Origin: a virus
Virus record (IMG/VR): IMGVR_UViG_3300010160_000037
Coordinates: 12,147 to 76,146 of that record
DNA length: 64,000 nucleotides
Strand: one strand, 5' to 3'
Positions 8,892 through 21,000 of the stretch are shown here, in pieces (the first letter of the stretch is position 1; the number at the start of each line of letters is the position of its first letter). Under the pieces are notes generated by a model that was not told the DNA's origin, did not search any database, and was given only the letters and a program-made list of their open reading frames with translations. Made by a program: the position numbers and the translations under genes.

Positions 8892-9989
8892 ATGGACGCA
8901 TTCAAACAGTTAGTAGAGAGCGGAGTGATTAGCGAAGAAATTCGTACTGATCTAGAATCTGCCTTCAACACTAAGATTCAAGAGAATCGCGACCAAGTAA
9001 CCGCTCAACTAAGAGAAGAGTTTGCCCAACGCTATACACACGATAAAGGTGTGTTAGTAGAGTCAATCGACAAATTAGTAAGCGAACGCTTAGCCGCAGA
9101 GCTAGGTGAGTTTGCGCAAGATCGCAAAGCATTGGCAGAAACCAAAGCCGAGTACAAGCGCAGAATGACAGCTGATTCCAAAACAATGGAATCTTTTGTT
9201 ATGACTCAGTTAGCCAAAGAACTTGTGGAATTTCAAAACGACCGTACAAAGGTTAGTGAGAACTTCCAAAAGATGGAACAATTCGTTATCAACGCATTGG
9301 CCAAAGAGATTTCAGAATTTGCACAAGACAAGAAAGATATAGTTGAAGCGAAAGTTAAACTTGTCCGCGAAGCCAAGAGCAAGTTTGCAGAAGTCAAGAA
9401 AGAATTCATCAAGCGTAGTGCCGATCTTGTTAAAGAGACAGTTAGTCGTCAACTAACAACTGAGTTACATCAGTTGAAAGAAGATATCGAATCTGCTCGT
9501 ACAAGCAATTTTGGTCGCCGTATTTTTGAAGCATTTGCACAGGAATTTCAACATTCGTACCTTAACGAAAAGTCTGAAACAAGTAGATTGTTAAAGATTG
9601 TAGATAAGAAAGAACAAGAAATTGCCGAAGCACAGGAAGCCGTTGCTAAAGTACAGGCCATTGCAGAATCCAAGGATCGCGAAATCCGCGTTACGAAAGA
9701 TTTAATGGAACGTGCAAAAGTAATGAGCGAACTATTAGCACCTTTAAGTGCTGAGAAGAAGGGTGTAATGAGCGAATTGTTAGAGTCTGTACAGACTGGA
9801 AAATTAGCTAATACATTCGACAAATACCTACCCGCAGTAATGGAAGGCGAAAGTCGTAAACAAAAGCAAGTTATTGCCGAAAGCAAGACACAAACTACTG
9901 TTACTGGCGATCGTGAGGTAAAAAATCAGCCTGAGGTAGGCTTTGACAACATTGTAGACATCCGCAAGTTAGCGGGTCTAGCAAAGTAA
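8892..9989 (+). CDS. gp22: prohead core scaffolding protein
   Basis: Coiled-coil, E/K-rich protein between protease and capsid genes; AAGGAG SD. Confidence 0.8.
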   Translation: MDAFKQLVESGVISEEIRTDLESAFNTKIQENRDQVTAQLREEFAQRYTHDKGVLVESIDKLVSERLAAELGEFAQDRKALAETKAEYKRRMTADSKTMESFVMTQLAKELVEFQNDRTKVSENFQKMEQFVINALAKEISEFAQDKKDIVEAKVKLVREAKSKFAEVKKEFIKRSADLVKETVSRQLTTELHQLKEDIESARTSNFGRRIFEAFAQEFQHSYLNEKSETSRLLKIVDKKEQEIAEAQEAVAKVQAIAESKDREIRVTKDLMERAKVMSELLAPLSAEKKGVMSELLESVQTGKLANTFDKYLPAVMEGESRKQKQVIAESKTQTTVTGDREVKNQPEVGFDNIVDIRKLAGLAK

Positions 9990-10002
9990 AATTAAGGAGA
10001 AA

Positions 10003-11184
10003 ATGATGTCACAACTTCTGAACGAAAGATGGTCAGAAACCAAAGAAGCCCTATTAGAAGGGTTACAAGGGAACCGTCGTGCCTCCATGCAAACATGCTT
10101 GGAAAATACACGCCGTCACCTAATTGAAAGTGCAACAGCAGGTGCTACATCTGCAGGTAACGTTGCAACACTTAACCGCGTAATCCTACCAGTGATTCGT
10201 CGTGTTATGCCTACAGTCATTGCTAACGAAATCGTTGGCGTACAACCAATGACTGGTCCAGTTGGTCAAATCCATACTCTACGTGTTCGTTACGCAGACA
10301 ATGGTTCTGACGTTACAGCTGGTGAAGAAGCATTGAGCCCATTCAAAATTGCTCAAGCCTATTCAGGTAACAATGATGCATCATATCCAAAGGCGCAGAC
10401 AACAGCGGCTATGGAAGGTACACCAGGTAAGCGCATGAGCATTCAAATCTTGAAGGCACCAGTCGAAGCCAAGTCACGCAAGCTATCAGCTCGTTGGACT
10501 TTCGAAGCCGCTCAAGATGCGCAAGCTCAACAAGGTATTGATATCGAAGCAGAAATCATGGCCGCTTTAGCACAAGAAATTACTGCTGAAATCGACCAAG
10601 AAGTATTGGCTTCACTACGTAGTTTAGCAAGTGTCGAAGAAACATATGACCAGTCATTAGTTTCAGGTACAGCTACATTCGTTGGTGACGAACATGCCGC
10701 ATTGGCAATTCAGATCAACCGTGTTGCTAACAAGATTGCTCAACGCACACGTCGTGGTGCTGGTAACTGGGCTGTTGTAAGTTCACAAGCACTTACAATT
10801 CTTCAGTCTGCTACAACAAGTGCTTTTGCACGTACCACAGAAGGTACATTTGAAGCTCCTACAAACACTAAGTTTGTTGGTACATTGAATGGTGCAATGC
10901 GCATTTATGTTGACGCATATCTAAGCGATACAGGTCAAGATGCAAACCAAGTTCTAATTGGTTATAAAGGTCCTAGCGAGGCAGATGCTGCCGCGTTCTA
11001 TTGCCCTTATATTCCGTTGATGAGCTCTGGAGTTGTTCTAGATCCAGCAACATTTGAACCAGTAGTTGGCTTCTTAACACGCTACGGCTATGTTGAGTTG
11101 ACAAATACAGCTTCATCATTGGGTAACGCCGCTGACTACCTAGGCAAAGTATCTATTACTTCTGCCAACGTAAGCTTCAAGTAA
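10003..11184 (+). CDS. gp23: major capsid protein
   Basis: VGVQPMTGPVGQI, AKSRKLSARWTFEAAQD, EITAEID, FYCPYIPL, TRYG motifs. Confidence 0.97.
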   Translation: MMSQLLNERWSETKEALLEGLQGNRRASMQTCLENTRRHLIESATAGATSAGNVATLNRVILPVIRRVMPTVIANEIVGVQPMTGPVGQIHTLRVRYADNGSDVTAGEEALSPFKIAQAYSGNNDASYPKAQTTAAMEGTPGKRMSIQILKAPVEAKSRKLSARWTFEAAQDAQAQQGIDIEAEIMAALAQEITAEIDQEVLASLRSLASVEETYDQSLVSGTATFVGDEHAALAIQINRVANKIAQRTRRGAGNWAVVSSQALTILQSATTSAFARTTEGTFEAPTNTKFVGTLNGAMRIYVDAYLSDTGQDANQVLIGYKGPSEADAAAFYCPYIPLMSSGVVLDPATFEPVVGFLTRYGYVELTNTASSLGNAADYLGKVSITSANVSFK

Positions 11185-11204
11185 TCCAAGGCTTTAAAGC
11201 AAAT

Positions 11205-11233
11205 AAGAAGGGCTCTTAGGAGCCCTTCTTGTT
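11205..11233 (+). terminator. intrinsic terminator after capsid gene
   Basis: AAGAAGGGCTC-TTAG-GAGCCCTTCTT followed by GTT. Confidence 0.8.
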
Positions 11234-11323
11234 GACCACAATAAATATACTGTCCAATCCGGACTTGTTGCGGTTCCCATCCGCGCAGTGGCTAGAACCC
11301 ACATACATTAAGGAGAAATTAAA

Positions 11324-11875
11324 ATGGCAAAAGGTATGAAAATTTCAAGAGCAAATGGCCAACAAGTAGGCCAAACAATCAGTCCAATTCAGTTTACGTA
11401 TGCCGCCAGCACAACATCAAGTGCTACTGTATATCGTGGCGGTACAGGCGGATACACATCAGGCACAACAAGTCTAGTAATCTCGACAACTTATAAAACA
11501 GCCGCCGCCGTGCAGAAAACAGACGGTCAAATTGTTAGACAGCGTGGAGCCTATCAGTTCATGTGTCAAAGTGCCGCAGATACAGATCCAACAAAACCAA
11601 CACTAACTACCTGCGTATTAGTTGGCGGTTCAAGCGCACCAACATTGGCCGCAAGTCAAATGTTCATTAAAGCAGTTACTCCAACTGGCGTATTGTTTTA
11701 TGCGACACGCATTACTGATCGCTTTGTATGGAATGGAACAGCACGTTATCCGTATATTCTAGGCACATCAGCCTCAATTAACTATGCCGATTCAACATCA
11801 ACAACTGGCGTTGTACTTACAAATTCTGTAGGTGGAACAGCAGACGATGTCTATGCAATGGTATTAGGCGCTTAA
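11324..11875 (+). CDS. hypothetical structural protein (possible head decoration)
   Basis: Own late promoter (11242-11247), strong AAGGAG SD and own terminator, directly after gp23; T/S/G/A-rich. Confidence 0.6.
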   Translation: MAKGMKISRANGQQVGQTISPIQFTYAASTTSSATVYRGGTGGYTSGTTSLVISTTYKTAAAVQKTDGQIVRQRGAYQFMCQSAADTDPTKPTLTTCVLVGGSSAPTLAASQMFIKAVTPTGVLFYATRITDRFVWNGTARYPYILGTSASINYADSTSTTGVVLTNSVGGTADDVYAMVLGA

Positions 11876-11877
11876 TT

Positions 11878-11903
11878 AAAAGGACTCTTAGGAGTCCTTT
11901 TTT
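11878..11903 (+). terminator. intrinsic terminator
   Basis: AAAAGGACTC-TTAG-GAGTCCTTTTTT. Confidence 0.85.
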
Positions 11904-11905
11904 GT

Positions 11906-12175
11906 ATGTTAGAAATAAAATCAAGTCTCGACTGGAATTCCGTAGAAACAGAAATTAAACGTCTTGGTAAAATGCTACCAATGTTCCAGCACGATATTAA
12001 ACGATTGTGTGATACTGTGCGTCCCGAAATCGCAAAACTAAGCAATTTAGAAGTAGATCACAGGCGAGCGCATAGCACAGCTACGCATAGATACTGCCAA
12101 CAGCAAGTACAAAAAATCAACGAAACTCTAAAACTTTTTCAGAAATTCCATTTAATGGCCTTACTTGCACAGTAG
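11906..12175 (+). CDS. hypothetical protein
   Basis: 89-aa helical ORF filling the gap; no SD seen. Confidence 0.55.
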   Translation: MLEIKSSLDWNSVETEIKRLGKMLPMFQHDIKRLCDTVRPEIAKLSNLEVDHRRAHSTATHRYCQQQVQKINETLKLFQKFHLMALLAQ

Positions 12176-12187
12176 GTAAATACTGGT

Positions 12188-12862
12188 ATGCCAGAATTTT
12201 TCCATCCACGTTCAATAGTCCAATATGCAGAATATCCTGAGACGCACATCAGCTGGACTAACGATCAAAGCGATCATACAATAGTCGATAATCTAAATTA
12301 TAATCTCAATAACCCAACGACTGGGTCTGGAAGTTATAATGTAATTGGCACAACGAAACCCTTAACACATGTAGCAAACTCTACACGTGGTCCTAAATTA
12401 GACAAGACATATTACTTAAAATGCACTAATTTTAACATAGGAAATCTACCTAACACGATAACAGGTATAACGCTACACATTAGTAGTCAACGAAATCAAA
12501 AGATCATAGACGAAACAGTTTGTTTGATTTATGATGGTGAAATTATCAGCGATAATAAAACAAATCTTTCAGCAGGGCACTACGGAGTTGAAGGACATAT
12601 GAAGATTGAAAATGAAGCATCTTATGGAGGTCCTAAAGATTTATGGGGTGCTACTATTACAAAAACCATGCTTCAAGATTCAAAATTTGGAGTATTGTTA
12701 AGATTTAGCAGTAATCCAATGCGTCCCCATAAAGAAGGGATGTCGATATATCAAATCGTTCTCGAAGTAGGCCCTAACAATTATTTTGTTTTTGAAGAAA
12801 ATTTTGATACCGAATTTGTTACAGAAGATGCAATAAACGAGTCAATTTTTGTCAACGAGTAA
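12188..12862 (+). CDS. hypothetical structural protein
   Basis: 224-aa ORF; TAAATA (12177-12182) is 5 nt before the ATG. Confidence 0.7.
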   Translation: MPEFFHPRSIVQYAEYPETHISWTNDQSDHTIVDNLNYNLNNPTTGSGSYNVIGTTKPLTHVANSTRGPKLDKTYYLKCTNFNIGNLPNTITGITLHISSQRNQKIIDETVCLIYDGEIISDNKTNLSAGHYGVEGHMKIENEASYGGPKDLWGATITKTMLQDSKFGVLLRFSSNPMRPHKEGMSIYQIVLEVGPNNYFVFEENFDTEFVTEDAINESIFVNE

Positions 12863-12891
12863 AAATAAATAAAGGGTAAAGGAATAATCAT

Positions 12892-13917
12892 ATGACTACA
12901 AATGTCGTTCGCGTACCGGGCAACTATATAATTCAAGCGTCACCTACTATTACGCTAGATCCTAGCGGAGGCTTAGGCCTTAATACCGGCACCGTGGTTA
13001 TTACTGGTAGTCTTAATGTATTAGGAAAAACAACAACTGTTGCATCTACTAATGCAGAAATTAGAGACAACGTGTTAATTTTAAACTCAGGCGAAACTAA
13101 CTCGTATGTTACATTAGGTACCTCTGGATTGATTGTTGACCGAGGTAATGGTGCAAACTTATCAAACGCCGCTACGATGCTGTTTAATGACTCAGCAGGC
13201 CTTGACGGATTTACATGGCACACTTCGGATATTTCCGGAAGAGGTATTTTTGAATTCAAAGCCGCAGGCGGCGTAAGTGCAATACGTATAAACGCAATCC
13301 GCATAGATGAAAATTCTGCTCCTCGAGTAGGCGGTTATCCAAGATTAAATATTTTTGGCAGTGATAATTCCGGTGCTGTTATCAGTGTAGCAGGAACAGC
13401 AAACTATGAAACTCGAGTTATTGACAAAGACGATATTCCAAACAAAGCATACGTCGATATTCAAATTGCGGCTAATCAATCATCTGTTGATAACATTAGA
13501 AAAATTAAACAAGGTCCTGCAGGATCTGAAACTTATGTACAGTTAAATGACATAAGTGTAACAGGACAACCTAGTAATATCGAATTAGGTATTAATCAAT
13601 TGCCCGTTGCTACGATAAGTCAAGGATCAGTAGTATTTCCAGGATTGGCATTTACCAATCAAACTATTACAGCATTGTCTGGTAGTGGAACGGCTGACTT
13701 ATACTTAGAACCAACAGGCAGTGGATCTGTTATCTTACGTAAAGCATTGCGTATTACAAATCAAAACCTGCCTCCAATATCAAACACAAACACAACTGCG
13801 ATTTACACTACAGGAATCGTAGGACCAGGTGGCACAGGAATCTATTACTTAAATAGTCTAGCATCGGGCGAATTCATATCTCGTAAACGTGCTATTATTT
13901 ACGGATTAATATTTTAA
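12892..13917 (+). CDS. fibre-associated structural protein
   Basis: G.L.V.G.TT...S.N..I.DN...LN.G and G..VDRG fibre-type motifs. Confidence 0.65.
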   Translation: MTTNVVRVPGNYIIQASPTITLDPSGGLGLNTGTVVITGSLNVLGKTTTVASTNAEIRDNVLILNSGETNSYVTLGTSGLIVDRGNGANLSNAATMLFNDSAGLDGFTWHTSDISGRGIFEFKAAGGVSAIRINAIRIDENSAPRVGGYPRLNIFGSDNSGAVISVAGTANYETRVIDKDDIPNKAYVDIQIAANQSSVDNIRKIKQGPAGSETYVQLNDISVTGQPSNIELGINQLPVATISQGSVVFPGLAFTNQTITALSGSGTADLYLEPTGSGSVILRKALRITNQNLPPISNTNTTAIYTTGIVGPGGTGIYYLNSLASGEFISRKRAIIYGLIF

Positions 13918-13926
13918 GGACAGGAC

Positions 13927-14256
13927 ATGGCAATAACAAGCAAACAAATAACAGTAGCGGGAAACCCTCCAACACAGGTATATCAATCAAGTGGTCAAAA
14001 TGCAATCACTACTATGATTATCTGCAACACTTCAACAATCGTTAACACATTGATTGATATATATGTAGTATCAGCAGTAAGTGGATTTGCTGTTGGCCCG
14101 CAGACTCAAATTATCAATCAAGTACCAGTTCCTGCTACAGAATCATTTGTAATGGATACTGAAAAATTTATCTTAGAAGATCAGGATATCATCAGCGTTA
14201 GATCAACTGCCGCTGGAGCAATTACTGTGACAATAAGTAGTGTGAGTACAGCCTAA
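13927..14256 (+). CDS. small beta-rich structural protein (paralogue of 24921-25307)
   Basis: Shares VY...I..(I/M)..N...P......K.I.E..D pattern with 24921-25307. Confidence 0.65.
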   Translation: MAITSKQITVAGNPPTQVYQSSGQNAITTMIICNTSTIVNTLIDIYVVSAVSGFAVGPQTQIINQVPVPATESFVMDTEKFILEDQDIISVRSTAAGAITVTISSVSTA

Positions 14257-14972
14257 TGAAATTCGTTAAACGTCTAGTCTTAAACAAATATCGTCCAGCA
14301 AGTCAAAATTTTGTCGTCGAAATTGATGGCAAAGTAGTCACCGATTCTAGCGCAGAATTGCAACTACCTTCTGGATCCACAGCTCAGCGAGCAGAGACTT
14401 TTAACAACGGCCAGATTAGATACAATAAAGATTTCAATGAAATTGAAGCATATATAAACGGTACTTGGGAGTTTTTAAGAACTCGCAGACAAGGCAATGT
14501 ACAATTCCAAACAGTTGGAATAGGCAACTATGTAGACTCAATATATGGTCCGTTAAGTACTAGAATTGATCCAACTAAGCCTCAAAATGTAATGTTGTAT
14601 GTTGAAAATGTATTTCAAGTTCCTACAGTAAATTATACATTGGTAAACGACTTTGTGCAGACAAAGGCCACAGTCGGTGTAACAAATCCAGGAGTTACAA
14701 ACATTACTCTTGTTGATAAAATTGACATACAAGTGGGGTCAGCAGTGGGCGGCGATGTAGGTATTGCCCCAGGAACAACGGTTCTTAGTGTAAGCACAAA
14801 TACCAACGCAGTACGCATTAGTTCTGCTACACTTGGTATTGTTAATGCTGGAGCATTTTTAACATTTAATTTTTCAACAGGAACTTATGCTGTATTTTCT
14901 AGTCCTGTACCAGCTAAGCCTGTATATGCTCTCATTGGTTTCGATGGCTTCTATCCTCCTTTTAATACTTAA
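14256..14972 (+). CDS. hypothetical fibre/baseplate-associated protein
   Basis: LPSGSTAQR...GQIRYN....EAY..G.W motif typical of fibre attachment modules; stop/start overlap with previous gene. Confidence 0.65.
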   Translation: MKFVKRLVLNKYRPASQNFVVEIDGKVVTDSSAELQLPSGSTAQRAETFNNGQIRYNKDFNEIEAYINGTWEFLRTRRQGNVQFQTVGIGNYVDSIYGPLSTRIDPTKPQNVMLYVENVFQVPTVNYTLVNDFVQTKATVGVTNPGVTNITLVDKIDIQVGSAVGGDVGIAPGTTVLSVSTNTNAVRISSATLGIVNAGAFLTFNFSTGTYAVFSSPVPAKPVYALIGFDGFYPPFNT

Positions 14973-15071
14973 TGGTAAATATATGTGATGCTGATTACCA
15001 GCAGAACATACTGTGGTAAACCCGCAATGTAAGGTGGTTATCCGTGTAACACGGTGTATTGAGGAGCTTCT

Positions 15072-18000
15072 ATGGCCGTAGGTCGAATTACAGGCCCGTT
15101 ACTTGCAAGTAATTTGCTACGTGACGGTGTAAACTTAGCAGTTGAAACCAACTTGCTCTATCTTGATGTGACAACAGGTCGCATCGGTATTAAGACGAAC
15201 TCCCCACAATACGATTTAGATGTAAATGGAACAGCCAATGTTGGCAGTCTAATTGTTCTAAACACATCTACGCTTGGTCTACTAACAATCACAAAAACCG
15301 CAAGTAGCGGAACTATTGGATCTACACTTGGTCCCATCCATATAAAGCCTGCCATAGGCAACGAAATTAAATTAGATGCTGACACTACGGTAGACGGTGA
15401 CTTACACGCTACTGGTAACATTACAGCAGATGGAAACATTGTCTTAGGTAATCAACTCGGTGTTGACACACTAACAGTTGGTGCTGAATTTCTTTCAAGC
15501 CTAATACCAAAAACACCAAACACTTACAATGTTGGCTCTCAAACTAACAACTGGAAGAACGGTTACTTCCAACAAGTTCAAGCCGGCAATTTAAAAGCCT
15601 ATGGTAGCACAATTACTAATCTATTGGCCAGCCAAGGTATTGATATAGCACCAAAAGGCGGCCCATTAAATGTGCGTGGCGAAATTCGTGTGTGGGGTCA
15701 AAATCCTCTAGGTACTGCGCCAGTAACATCAAACGTTTTATACGTTAACGAAGATGGTAGCGATACCAACGACGGCGGCGCAATGGATCCAAGTCGTGCA
15801 TGTCGTACTGTAAGTGGAGCAACTAAGAGTCCTTTATATAAAGAAGGAACAAGTATTAAAGTTGCACCAGGCCTTTATAGAGAAAATAATCCTATCCTGA
15901 TGAAACAATACACATCAGTAATTGGTTCAGACTTACGTACAACACTTATTGAACCGATGAATAAGACCCAAGACTTATTCCATGTTCAGTCAGGTTGCTA
16001 TGTTGCACAGCTAATGATGTACAACGGTCGCTCAGGCCGATTTCCAGGTGGACCTGGTTATGCTCCGGGTACTAACAGAGGTGCGTATGCTACAGCATTT
16101 CCTCCGCAGGTTAACGGAACAAAGATTGACCTGTTCCACTCACCGTACATTCAAAACTGTACCAACCAATCAGGTCCTTGGTTATATGATGGTACAATGT
16201 TTGTACCTAACCAAACTATTCAAATACCAGAAGCAGTTGGCACAGCAACATATCCTTCAAACACAACAACATTTACTGTTACATTAAGTACAGGATCTGT
16301 TTATGTTGGCCAATCAATTAATGGCGGCCCTCCTAGTCCCGGATTCCAAAATGCTCGTACATTACTATTGGCAAATAAAGCATTTATACAAGAACAAACG
16401 ATCGCGTATGTTAATCAAACATACGGCGGACCATTCCAATACAATTCTACTAAGTGCGCCCGCGATACTGGATTGATTGTAGACGGGTTAGGTTTAGACT
16501 TAATCTATCAAGGCACAAGTCAGTCAGTATTTTCCGGTCTTCAATACTGGAGCCAAGGTTCGTACACTGGACAGATTGCCAGTGAAGTAACAACAACTAC
16601 AAATGCATTTAATTACATAAGTGGTCTTGCACAGCAGATTGTTAGAAACATTGTAATTGCGGCACCATATCAAAATACACTAACGCAAGTAACTAATCTT
16701 CCAGCAGGTGCAGTTATTGATGCTACTCGTGTCGGATCATTGTTTACTACTGTAACTAATATTATCACCTACGGACCTGCAGGAATTACTGACAAGATTA
16801 TTCCTAATGGTACTACTATTACTTCTAACACAAGTACTGTAGCCGCTTATAATTTACTACAGGCAAATAAAAACTTCCTAAAATCAGAAACTATTGCATG
16901 GATCAACGTTTTTAGTCCTGGTAGTTTTGTCTACGACAAAGACAAATGTAAACGTGATGTAGGATATATCATAGATTGTATATCTTTTGACTTATTAAGA
17001 GGCGGAAATAGACAAGCTATTCAAGCTGGTACAGTTTATTACGGATATAGTAACACCACAACTATTCCTAATGAAATTGAACAAACTACTATGGCTTATC
17101 AGTACATGAAATCTGTAATAAGTGCAGTAGTTCAAAGTCAACAATTAGTTTCATTTTATCAAAGCGAAGTAACGCAAGTACTAGATTCAGTCAATCCTGG
17201 ATCAGCCGCAGCCGCCACAACTATCAGTTCTAATATTGATCTTATCACTCGATTAATTACAGTAGGACCTGCTGGCGCCCCTAGCCTAGTACCTATTAGC
17301 CTAACACAAACGTCTACTGCTGGGTTGTTAAATGCTTATGCTTTATTAAATGCAAATAAGAATTTTATTAAAGCAGAAGTTATTGCTTACACAAACAGCT
17401 TGCCTAATTTTGTTTATAATCAAGAAAAATGCAAAAGAGATGTTGGCATTATTTTAGAAAACGTTAGTTTTGATGCACTTGTAGGCGGCAATGCTAAAGC
17501 TATTGAATCTGGACTTGCTTATTTTAACGGAGTAAATTCTGTTATTGCTGGCCAAGAAACACAAAGCGTCGGAGCCATTAACTATGTTAAATCGTTAACT
17601 AACTCAATTATTACTAACATGCAGGCCCCTAATTTATTAGGATCTACTGCAACACAGCAACAAGTTATTAACTATTCATTTCCGGGCGGCATTGTAGCAC
17701 AAGATTCTTTAAACAATGCATACGACACGATCACAACAATTATTACAAATGGTCCAAGTAGTGCTCCAACAAGTTTCTTAGGTTCTGCACCTGATCCTCA
17801 TTACATGAGCGCAGAAATTCTACTACAGGCCAACAGATCATTTATACAAGAAGAAGTTGTTACATACTTGAATCAACAATTCTTAACGTTTCCATTTAAC
17901 ACAGCCAAGTGCCAACGTGATGGTGGATTAATTGTTGATTCTATTGCACTAGATTTATTGTTCCCAACTGCAACAGACAGTCAAAGTAATTTTGCTGGTT

Positions 18001-21000
18001 TACAATATTGGTCACAAAGTAGCTATACAGGATTAATTGCTTCTGAAATAACTACTACAACTAATTCTATTACCTATCTAAATAGCTTGGCTCAAAAGAT
18101 TATTTTAAATGATACATCGGGCCCTCGCTATCAGTCAGCATCTATACAAGACACAACAGTTGCACCTAGTACTGCTGAAGTTGCATCTTCTATTGGTACA
18201 AACTTTGATCTAATTTTAGATATCCTAAACAACGGTACTGTTGGAATAACTGATAAAATAATTCCAAGCGGATTAGCAACAAACGATCCTAGAGTAGTTC
18301 ATGCATACACACAATTACAAAATAATAAATCTTATATACAAGACGAAGTAGTTGCGTATGTTGAGTCAACTAAGACCGCTGATTTTGTTTACGATCAAAC
18401 TAAATGCCGACGTGATGTTGGATACATGATCGACTCTATTAGCTTTGATTGTCTGTATGGCGGCAACCGCCAAAGTATTATGGCAGGAGTTGATTACTAC
18501 AGTCATAGTGCAGTCACATCTGTGCAAACACCAGCAGAGACTACAGCAACTATTGCCGCATATACTCATTTAAGTGATATTATTGTAGGAATTATTACAG
18601 CAACACCTATAGCACGTACTGCCAATAATTTAATTGATCAGGTAATAGATCTTCCGCCAGCAACCAGCGCAGAAGTAACTTCTGCTAGAGCTAAGATTGC
18701 TAAGATATCTAATATTATTACCAACGGACCAAGCGTGGCTTCCGCACTGACTCCGATTAGCCTGACTCCAAGTACCAATGAAAATATTCAACGTGCCTAT
18801 GCATTGCTAGAAGCCAACAGAGATTTTATTGCAAATGAAATGGTGCAGTATGCACAAAACACCTACAATGGTGGTGGCTTCCAATACAATCAAGCCAAGT
18901 GCTCGCGCGATACTGGGCTGTTAGTTGACGGATTTATAACTGACTTAGGTTGGTCTGCTAACGGCTATACCAATACTAGATTTGCAGGATTACAATATTG
19001 GAATCAGTCAGGTTACACAGGTCAAATTGTTAACGAATTAACTACAACTACTGCCGCAATTAATTACGTAAAAACAATGGCTAAAGAAGCCATAGTGAAT
19101 ACTGTTGGGACACGTTATCAAAGTACAATTACTCAACAAATTAATTTACCTTCTGCTACATTGTCTGAAGCCAGTACGATAGATACTGAATTTAAAATAA
19201 TAACAGATATTTTAACTACTGGTACTGTTGGTATAACAGATAAAGTTGTATCAAACGGATTAGCTATAACTTCAGCCAATGCACAAAACGCTTATAATAT
19301 ATTACAGGCGAACAAAGCATATTTCCAAGCTGAAGCTATTGCGTTTGTTGAAACTACTAAGACACAAAGTTTTGTTTACAATCAAGATAAATGTTTTAGA
19401 GATACAGGATTAATCGTAGACACTATTTGTCAAGATTTAATGTTTGCAACTACAAGCAGTCAATCTACTTTTGCTGGACTACAGTATTGGGCGCAAACAT
19501 CAACATCTATTCCAGGCGAAGTTACAACAACAACTAATGCTATTAATTACGTATCTGACCTGGCCCAAAAAATTATAGTTGGAAACAAATCTGGTACTAG
19601 ATACCAATCAGCAGTTGCTCAAACAACCAGCACAAGTCTAGCATACGGTACAGCAGTTGAACAGTCTACACTTTCTTCTGAGTTCAATCTTATTACCGAT
19701 ATTATTACCAACGGTGTTGTTAATCTTACAAACAGAATTGTACCTAATGGATATGTATCTAGCACAGTTGCTACTACATTAAATGCCTATAATTTATTAG
19801 TAGCCAACTTAACCTATTTGCAAGCAGAAGCGGTTGCTTACGTAGAGTCAACAAAGACAGCTGGATTCACATACGACCAAACCAAATGCCGTAGAGACAT
19901 TGGCTATATGGTAACCAGCGTAGCCTTTGACTTACTATGGGGCGGCAACAAACAAGCTATTCAAAGCGGAGCATATTATTATAATTACTCAGCAAGTACT
20001 TCTACTATTCCAACAGAGAAACCACAAACGCTTGCGGCATACAATTATTTAAAAACCCTAGTTGGAAATATTGTTACTAACACAGCGATTACTCCTAGTA
20101 AAGGTAATACTGCAATTCAGTATACAAATGCAGAACCGGCTACTGTTGCTGAAGTTACAGCGTTGCAAGCATCAATTTCTACAATTACTAACATTATAAC
20201 AAATGGTCCAAGTGTTGCGGCAACAAAACTTCCAATATCACTAACACCTAGCACAAATATTGCAGTTGGAAATGCAGTAGACTTGCTACAAGCAAATAGA
20301 CAATTTATACAACAAGAACTTGTTGCATGGATTAATGAGAACTACGGCGACTTTACATACGACTTGGCCAAATGCAAACGCGATGTTGGCTATATGATCG
20401 ATTCTGTTAGTTATGATCTGTTGTGGGGCGGAAATAGACAAGCCATCACCAGCGGTGTTTACTACTATTCATTCAGTGGTCCTTCAAGCATTCCTGGAGA
20501 AAATCAACAAACTCTAGCGGCTTACCAACGCATGAGCGAAATCCTTGGAGACATTATTACTAATTCTCCAATACAGGTTAGTTCAGGCAATGTAACACCT
20601 CAACAATTTAATAACTCTCCATCAACTATTGAGACAGCATCTGCACTAAACGCCATGGTTGCGTTACTATTAGATATAATAAACAACGGACCAACTGCCG
20701 CAGGTACAAAACAACCAATTAGCTTAGAACGCAATACAGATCAAAATATCGTTAATGCTCAAACATTATTAACCTTGAACAGACAGTTTATTAGAGATGA
20801 AGTTATTGCGTATGTTAACAGTTCGTTCCCTAACTATCAAGGCAATAATGGTTTTAATTACGATCAATCAAAGTGCTATCGTGATACCGGATTAATTATT
20901 GATGCTATCAGCCAAGATTTATTAGTAGGCGGCAATAGAAAAACTATTGAAGCTGGAGTAAGCTACTGGACTGGTGGCCGCAATGTTGTTTACGATGAGC

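Noticed and set aside
718-9886. Short antisense or alternate-frame ORFs over the tape-measure and head genes
   Set aside because: They lie almost entirely within well-supported genes and have no recognisable motifs.
15005-15060. c-di-GMP-I riboswitch (GGTAAAC resemblance)
   Set aside because: The downstream GCAAAG/receptor and P3 elements are not recognisable; kept only as an unassigned structured leader.
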